Below are positions 57,912 through 64,000 of a stretch of 64,000 nucleotides of DNA, piece by piece. Position numbers and translations under genes: made by a program. The stretch is from NCBI GenBank assembly GCA_965217585.1, contig OZ244561.1:1376001-1440000 (forward strand). Reading direction: 5' to 3'. Every line of letters begins with the position of its first letter. Positions within the stretch are counted from its first letter, which is position 1. Under the pieces are notes generated by a model that was not told the DNA's origin, did not search any database, and saw only the letters and a program-made list of their open reading frames with translations. Origin of the DNA: Candidatus Latescibacterota bacterium (lineage in GTDB: Bacteria; Latescibacterota; UBA2968; UBA8231).

Positions 57912-59978
57912 TTACGCTCCTAGGATAGGAAGCTCTACAGTAATTACCGCCCCGCCGAGTTCCCCTCTCTCTATGGCGTCCACTTCCCCACCCAAATCCT
58001 TGACTGCATCTCGGACAATCGTAAGTCCAAGGCCGGTCCCGTTCTTGCGCGTGGTACGTCCTGGAAGCCAGATATCGGTCTTCCGTATATCTTGGATTCC
58101 CGGGCCACTATCGTGGACTGTTAGGGTCCAGCGACCTTGTGAAATCGATGTCGAAACCCTAACAACCCTGGCACGTGTACCTCCACTTTCAAAGGCTGCC
58201 ACACTGTTATTCAGGAGATTCGTGAAGATAGACTCGATAGCAGCATCACTCCCCTTCAAGTAGGGTTTCCCTGCATAGAAATCTTTCTGCACAGTAACAT
58301 CTCTTCCTTTAAGAAACGGATCAAAGGTATCCAACACCTCCTGCAATCGCCTATGGAGGTCGACGCGAGAGGCCCTCCGCTTTTCATGGTCAACCAATTT
58401 GAGAGTTGCCGTCCCTAATACAGCCAAGCTCTTCACCGCTCGTCTAATACCATCAACGGGCTGCTGAAGGAATTTGCTATAGTCGTCCTTGAGCAGCTTC
58501 CGGGCCCTCCGAGCAATAGCTTCGACTGACTGCGAAACCACCTTGATCGGATTCCCACTTGACTCGTGAGCAAACGTGACGGCTGTAATTCCAGCGGTGC
58601 TGAGGGTTCTGTATAGTTGTATCTCTTTTTGAAGAAGATCAACTTCGCGGTCCCTTGCAGATTCGTAAGTAGCAAACGCCTGCTCAGTGGTTTTGCGTAA
58701 CTCAGACGGCACATTGGCGATCGCTTTTTCTACTCTACGCCTTGCCACGTCAACTCGTTTCGGAGATGATGTCCGCTCTCGGGAACGCCGCTTCTCCGCC
58801 GCCTCCATCCTCCGATTGGCCATCCACCCCATGGCATCTTGGGCGAACAGACGGAGTTCGATGAAGGATTCATCCTCGATAAATCCAGACCGGTCTGTCT
58901 TCTGGACGAGTCTCTCACGCCTGTCGGTGACATCCACACGTCCAATTGAGGTGTTAGTTCCCGGTCTCTCCTCTGGACTTCGTACGCGTCGGAGATTCAT
59001 CTCCAACCAATCGTCGCCGGGATTGCCATATGGGCTTACTCGCAGGCCATTATAATAAAAGTGGACTCCACCGAATTCGTGCAGCCACTCTTGTACCTCT
59101 TTAACACTCGACCTTCTGGTAGAAAAGGTCTCTTGATTGAGTATGAAGACCCACAAATCGAAGGTTGCAGGCGGACTTTTGTAAGTCTTCTCGTCTCTAT
59201 GTACTGCGATGTCCCTATGACTAGCGACGTAAAGTTCTTGCCCCTTCCAGTCCACAATGCGTGCACTCGCTTGTCCCTCTTTGTCGATTTCCGCCCGCAG
59301 ATGATACTCCGCGTCTTGGAAATACCGACTACGCACGAGAGTCTCTAGATCTTCGTACTCTGGGGCCACTAACTCTGGACGGAATCCTTTTGGATCATCC
59401 CCGAACGGGTCGGCAAGCAGAATTAGTTCCCGGGCCAACCTTTTCACTACCGTCCGACCAAAGCCAGTTCTTAATTCTTCAATCCGGATCTCGGTTCCGG
59501 GCTGGGTTCCCTTCTTCCTCCTTTCAGTCTCCACGTTCAGCTCTACATCATCGACGAGATCAGCCGTATCGAACTCTTCCCAGTCTATGAGCAGACCGTG
59601 CTCAGTAGTCTTCTCTTTCCGTGGGGAAGTCGTCATGAGCGCTCGCTTGCCCATTCGCAGGGCGGCAAGCCTCCCAAGGCCCTTACTACCTGCTGGTATC
59701 CGCCCGAGACGTGTCTTTTGGCGCTGGGTCTTTGTCGATTTACCCAGGACCAGCCACCCATTGGTAATATCATCAACGGTCATTCCATCGCCATTATCCT
59801 TGACGAGAACCATGCCCCCTGCTGCGTCGGTACTTTGCAGCTCAACCTTGCATTTAGTCGCATCTGCGTCGTACGCATTCTTGACAAGCTCAAGCACCCC
59901 CTTGTCTAGGCTCGGATTTAACTCCTCGCCCAAGCGCTTGAGTATCTCAGTTGAAAACCGAATCCGTGCTGTACTCAT
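57912..59978 (-). CDS. MORC/MutL-like GHKL ATPase fused to a histidine kinase
   Basis: N-terminal 'ELVKNAYDA', 'DNGDGM', 'GSKGLGR'; H-box 'TFAHE'; C-terminal 'NLLNNS', 'DSGPGI', 'GTGLGL'; no TM segments. Confidence 0.88.
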   Translation of the reverse strand: MSTARIRFSTEILKRLGEELNPSLDKGVLELVKNAYDADATKCKVELQSTDAAGGMVLVKDNGDGMTVDDITNGWLVLGKSTKTQRQKTRLGRIPAGSKGLGRLAALRMGKRALMTTSPRKEKTTEHGLLIDWEEFDTADLVDDVELNVETERRKKGTQPGTEIRIEELRTGFGRTVVKRLARELILLADPFGDDPKGFRPELVAPEYEDLETLVRSRYFQDAEYHLRAEIDKEGQASARIVDWKGQELYVASHRDIAVHRDEKTYKSPPATFDLWVFILNQETFSTRRSSVKEVQEWLHEFGGVHFYYNGLRVSPYGNPGDDWLEMNLRRVRSPEERPGTNTSIGRVDVTDRRERLVQKTDRSGFIEDESFIELRLFAQDAMGWMANRRMEAAEKRRSRERTSSPKRVDVARRRVEKAIANVPSELRKTTEQAFATYESARDREVDLLQKEIQLYRTLSTAGITAVTFAHESSGNPIKVVSQSVEAIARRARKLLKDDYSKFLQQPVDGIRRAVKSLAVLGTATLKLVDHEKRRASRVDLHRRLQEVLDTFDPFLKGRDVTVQKDFYAGKPYLKGSDAAIESIFTNLLNNSVAAFESGGTRARVVRVSTSISQGRWTLTVHDSGPGIQDIRKTDIWLPGRTTRKNGTGLGLTIVRDAVKDLGGEVDAIERGELGGAVITVELPILGA

Positions 59979-61279
59979 GGCTTATACCACCATGGCATCT
60001 CAGCTAAAACTGAGGTCGTTAAGTGCCTACAGCGAAGTCGTCTGTTAAGCCAATTGTCCGTCTTGCTAGACTGAAGGCGTGTTATCAAAGCTCGACAGGT
60101 GTCCTCAGTTCCATCTTTCGGTAGCAACACCATCAGATGGTTTTCTACGGCTACTGCACCTTTACCAAGTACCAGGGTGGCTATCGCACGCTTTCCGCCG
60201 TCCGGCCTTGATGTCCTTCTGATAGCTACGAATGGCGGTTCAAAGAGACGCCCGGTAAATTTTCGCTTCTCCACGATCCGCTTTTGTTCCCCCCACGCGG
60301 GTAAAGAACGTGCGTGGATGTATCGGACTTCTGGACCCACTTCCTCGTGGCGATGTGGCACCACAGGTCCCACATGAACTGCGAATCGTCTGCCAATACC
60401 TCCGGGTTTTCTAGCACTGATTGAGACCCCTGCCTTGCCTCCCTTCTGCTCCCTAGTCTTCAGGAGGTCGAGAAGGTACACATCAACGTCAGCCCATCGG
60501 TCGAACAGGCCGAGCGGGCGCTCTCTACGAATCGCACCCAAAGTGCTGATCATGTTGCGCCAGTGTTCGTAACGACTCCCTGATCGAAGTACGTCCGGCA
60601 GGATTGCGACAATCCTGGTTCCTTCTTGGGAATCTTGAATTGCTCTCTCTGCGAACATTGCCGCAGCGCTGATCCGACCTCGCGCCCATTCGCATTCATC
60701 AGGAGCATGAGTATAACCGAACGGCGGGTTCATGATTACAACGTCAGTACGATACGAACGTTTCGAATGAGATAGGAAGTCGGCCTCGACTATCTTCGGA
60801 AACGTGCGATCAAGCACTAGACTCTCGTCACTGGGACGGACTCCACAACGCTTTGAAGCCAGCAATGCGAGTCTGACCTTCGCCAAACGGACGAAATCCG
60901 AGGAGATGTCGCAGCCAGCTAGGCATCGTCCCCAATGGTCGAGGGTTTCCCTGAACGTGTTGGAAATTGGCAGTTTCTTCGCCACAGCAAGTAGGAGGTC
61001 GCCTGCACCGCACGTTGGGTCGAGATATACTTGTTCGTAGTCCGCACCAACGTCAAGTACCTTTGCTAGCCGCATAGCCATATTGGCACCAGTAAAATAG
61101 GCCCCCTGCTCTTTCAACCGTGAATGATTCTCTTCTCGGCGGAGCATCTCTCCAGGCTCACCGTCTAGGCACATTGTCAGCTTCCGCTGCCACTCGACAG
61201 GCCTAAGAGTCTTTCGTCCCTGGGCTAGCTGCTCAAGCTCGTCAACGTATCGGCGAAATTGTCTCAATGTATTTACCAC
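59975..61279 (-). CDS. N6-adenine DNA methyltransferase (gamma class, TaqI/Eco57I-like)
   Basis: Motif X 'GAYFT', motif I 'LDPTCGAG', motif IV 'NPPF', 'ILPD'; C-terminal TRD-like region. Confidence 0.88.
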   Translation of the reverse strand: MVNTLRQFRRYVDELEQLAQGRKTLRPVEWQRKLTMCLDGEPGEMLRREENHSRLKEQGAYFTGANMAMRLAKVLDVGADYEQVYLDPTCGAGDLLLAVAKKLPISNTFRETLDHWGRCLAGCDISSDFVRLAKVRLALLASKRCGVRPSDESLVLDRTFPKIVEADFLSHSKRSYRTDVVIMNPPFGYTHAPDECEWARGRISAAAMFAERAIQDSQEGTRIVAILPDVLRSGSRYEHWRNMISTLGAIRRERPLGLFDRWADVDVYLLDLLKTREQKGGKAGVSISARKPGGIGRRFAVHVGPVVPHRHEEVGPEVRYIHARSLPAWGEQKRIVEKRKFTGRLFEPPFVAIRRTSRPDGGKRAIATLVLGKGAVAVENHLMVLLPKDGTEDTCRALITRLQSSKTDNWLNRRLRCRHLTTSVLAEMPWWYKP

Positions 61280-61645
61280 ACTCGGGTTTAGATACTCGAA
61301 GGATACGGCTACAAGGGTACCTACTTGAAATCGACAGGTTTCGACCTACACGTTCTCGTAATTCTTTGTTCAACAGTATGTTAGAGTTGGAAATCGTTGA
61401 AAGCGTGAACCCACTGATTGCATTATGTTTACGAAGTTACCTTCGCACTCCGCAAGCCGCAAGGTATTTCGCCTGCCGCTCGATCTCTTGAAGCAGTTCC
61501 CTCCTATACTTCTTGCGCCAAGACGCAGTAAGGCTGACGGACTTTGCGGCTCCACAAACTTGTTTACTGCGGAATATTAGTCAAGATATCCGGTATTTAT
61601 GCGAGGCCCTATACCCGTCCACTGAATTCGCGTCTCCCGACCAGC

Positions 61646-62326
61646 CTACGCCAGCTTCTCGTCAGAAGCGATGCGGCCGTCGTGGATGCGGATCATCCGC
61701 TCGGCCTGTAGGGCAATAACCGGATCGTGGGTCACCAAGAGCACGGTGTTGCCCTCCTCGTGCAAGGTATCGAAGAGAATCATGATCTCCTCGCCGGTGC
61801 TAGAGTCGAGGTTGCCAGTAGGCTCGTCGGCCAACAGCAGCGACGGCCCATTGGCTAAGGCGCGGGCAATGGCCACCCGCTGACATTGGCCGCCAGACAG
61901 CTCGGCCGGGCGGTGCGTCATGCGGTCGGCCAAGCCAACCCGCTCCAGCGCCTGCATCGCCCGTTCACGGCGCACCTTGCGACGTTGGCCATTGTAAATC
62001 AGCGGCAGTTCGACGTTTTGCAGGGCCGATGCGCGCGGCAGCAAATTGAAGGTCTGGAAGATGAAGCCAACGCGGCTGTTGCGCACTTCGGCCAACTCGT
62101 TGGCATTCATGCGCGACACATCCGTGCCGTCCATGCGATACGTCCCATCGGTGGGCGAGTCCAAGCAGCCGAGGATGTTCATCAGCGTGGATTTGCCCGA
62201 GCCAGAAGGCCCCATCAGCGCGACGTATTCATTGTCCCCAATCGCCAAATCCACCTCCCGCAAGGCGTGAACCTCCTCGGTGCCGCGCACGTAAACCTTG
62301 CTAATGCCATTCAGTTCGATCAGCAC
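61646..62326 (-). CDS. ABC transporter ATP-binding protein (MacB/LolD-like)
   Basis: GPSGSGKST, 'LSGGQCQR', '[10 protein letters not shown]'. Confidence 0.92.
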   Translation of the reverse strand: MLIELNGISKVYVRGTEEVHALREVDLAIGDNEYVALMGPSGSGKSTLMNILGCLDSPTDGTYRMDGTDVSRMNANELAEVRNSRVGFIFQTFNLLPRASALQNVELPLIYNGQRRKVRRERAMQALERVGLADRMTHRPAELSGGQCQRVAIARALANGPSLLLADEPTGNLDSSTGEEIMILFDTLHEEGNTVLLVTHDPVIALQAERMIRIHDGRIASDEKLA

Positions 62327-62330
62327 GAGA

Positions 62331-63554
62331 TCACTCCGAGCGCAACGCATCCACCGGATCGAGCCGCGAGGCGCGGGCCGCCGGATAGATGCCAAAGAAA
62401 AGACCAATCGCAATGGACAGGACCAGCACCAGCAGCGTGGCCTCTGGCGAAACAATGCTGGGAAAGTTCAATTCGCTGTAATGGGAAATGACGCGCGCAA
62501 TGCCCTCGCCCAACCCGTATCCCGCCGCCACCCCCAGCGCTCCTCCCGTCAAGCTCAGGGCCATCGCCTCGATCACGAATTGCCACAACAGCGTCACCGG
62601 CTTGGCACCGAGGGCCTTGCGGATGCCAATCTCGCGGGTGCGCTCGGCCACCGACACCAGCAAAATGTTCATAATGCCAATGCCGCCGACCAACAGCGAA
62701 ATCCCCGCAATCCCACCCACGACCAATTTCAACAGCAAAATGATCTGCTCGACCTGCTCTAGGATGCTGCGGCCGCTGATGATCTGATAGCTAGCCTCTG
62801 GGCCGTGGCGCTTTTTGAGCGCCTTTTCAATGGCAGTGGTAATGTGGGGCACGTCTTCTTGCTCCTTGGCGTGGGCTACCATGGCTTGGATGAACTTGTT
62901 GCCGGCGAGGCGTCGCTGGGCCGTCGTCACCGGCACCAGCACTTGGTCTCCCCAGTTCTCGCCAAAGGTCTGGCGATCTTCCATGAGGCCGACGACCGTA
63001 AAGCGCTGGCCGTTGAGCTTGAGCTCGCGGCCCAAGAAGGGAGCCAAGCCAAACACCTCCTCGCGCACCTTTTGCCCAATCACGCAGACCCGGCGCAGCT
63101 TGTCCAAGTCGGCGTTGAGCAGGAAGCGACCCTCGGCAACCTGCCAGTTGTACACCTCGGCAAACTCGGGCAAGGTCCCGGCCGCACTACTCTGGTAGCT
63201 GGCCTTGCGATAGCGCAGATTGGCCCCATGCGTCATAGAGGGCAGGACCGCCGCCAAGCGGTCGGAGGATTGCTCGACTACGCGCAGGTCGTCCATAGTC
63301 AAGGGCTTAGAGCGGGGGTTGGGCACCCAGCGGCCGTCCTTGAGCTGCATGTATTGCGGCGTAATCATCACGAACTGCGCCCCGCCTAGCTTGCCGAACT
63401 CGTCAATGACAAACTGCCGCATCCCCTCGCCAATGGACACGATGCCGACGACCGCGCCGACCCCAATCATCATGCCCAGCAGGGTCAGCGCCGTGCGCAG
63501 CTTGTTGACCCATATTTGCCCGAGGGCAATGCGGATGGCTTCGAGGAAGATCAC
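62331..63554 (-). CDS. ABC transporter permease (MacB/FtsX family)
   Basis: '[11 protein letters not shown]', '[28 protein letters not shown]', '[11 protein letters not shown]'. Confidence 0.92.
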   Translation of the reverse strand: MIFLEAIRIALGQIWVNKLRTALTLLGMMIGVGAVVGIVSIGEGMRQFVIDEFGKLGGAQFVMITPQYMQLKDGRWVPNPRSKPLTMDDLRVVEQSSDRLAAVLPSMTHGANLRYRKASYQSSAAGTLPEFAEVYNWQVAEGRFLLNADLDKLRRVCVIGQKVREEVFGLAPFLGRELKLNGQRFTVVGLMEDRQTFGENWGDQVLVPVTTAQRRLAGNKFIQAMVAHAKEQEDVPHITTAIEKALKKRHGPEASYQIISGRSILEQVEQIILLLKLVVGGIAGISLLVGGIGIMNILLVSVAERTREIGIRKALGAKPVTLLWQFVIEAMALSLTGGALGVAAGYGLGEGIARVISHYSELNFPSIVSPEATLLVLVLSIAIGLFFGIYPAARASRLDPVDALRSE

Positions 63555-64000
63555 GAGCGGCGCAGCGCCTCTACCGGATCGAGCCGGGCAGCGCGAAAGG
63601 CGGGATAGACGCCGAAGAAGATGCCGACGGCCGATGAAAAGCCGACGGCCCAGAGCACGGACTCAGCCGAGACAATGCTGGTAAAAGGCGCGCCGGGCGC
63701 GAGTTGCTGAATAACGAAGGCCGCTCCCAAGCCCAAGCCCAAGCCGCTGAGGATGCCCAACAGGCCACCGACCATGCTCAAGACTACGGACTCGGCGAGG
63801 AACTGACCGAGGATGTGGCGCGGCTTGGCGCCGAGGGCCTTGCGGATGCCAATCTCGCGGGTGCGCTCGGCCACCGACACCAGCAGGATGTTCATAATGC
63901 CAATGCCCCCGACCAACAACGAAATCCCCGCAATCCCACCGCCCACTTGCTGCAGGACGCGGAAGAACTCATTGGCATTGTCTATCTCTCCTTGGCTGGT
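63551..64000 (-). CDS. Second MacB/FtsX permease, partial (continues beyond the window)
   Basis: Same FtsX C-terminal motifs; frame open to the window edge. Confidence 0.88.
   Translation of the reverse strand, partial: TSQGEIDNANEFFRVLQQVGGGIAGISLLVGGIGIMNILLVSVAERTREIGIRKALGAKPRHILGQFLAESVVLSMVGGLLGILSGLGLGLGAAFVIQQLAPGAPFTSIVSAESVLWAVGFSSAVGIFFGVYPAFRAARLDPVEALRRS

Noticed and set aside
61437-61580. Short minus-strand frame upstream of the MTase as a controller (C) protein
   Set aside because: No convincing start codon or HTH pattern.
1-64000. tRNA, rRNA, riboswitch or prophage genes
   Set aside because: None recognisable by eye; a covariance-model search would be needed to exclude small RNAs.

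Overview
High-GC bacterial chromosome segment; the PhyH/HEAT fusions, many toxin-antitoxin modules and a C-terminal 'SWGxLK' motif suggest a Latescibacterota/Poribacteria-like organism (inference only). 1-25 kb: two tandem RND permeases, an ABC exporter plus DUF1854, a UxuA-like dehydratase, a DUF5916 outer-membrane protein, an NAD-salvage operon (hisI-like, pncA, pncB, aminotransferase, nadE) and an iron-containing ADH. About 25.3-43.9 kb: a partly decayed defence island with a tandem-ATPase remnant behind four palindromic boxes, NYN-HipA-like kinase-HIRAN, AAA+DUF3226, several TA pairs, a 1191-aa PIN-domain protein, and a type I-like RM system whose fused hsdM-S gene is split by a complete IS5-family element. 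44-56 kb: murB, glcF, vapBC, gene remnants and a catabolic cluster (DMFase-beta-like, aldolase, dehydrogenases, PhyH). 56.2-61.3 kb: a lower-GC, translationally coupled four-gene operon encoding an N6-adenine DNA methyltransferase, a MORC/GHKL ATPase-histidine kinase hybrid, a receiver-domain protein and a ComEC-like MBL hydrolase; this is the best candidate for an undescribed phosphorelay-controlled RM-like defence system. The window ends in a MacB/FtsX-type ABC operon. No rRNA, tRNA or CRISPR array was seen. All family assignments come from motif recognition by eye, without database searches.
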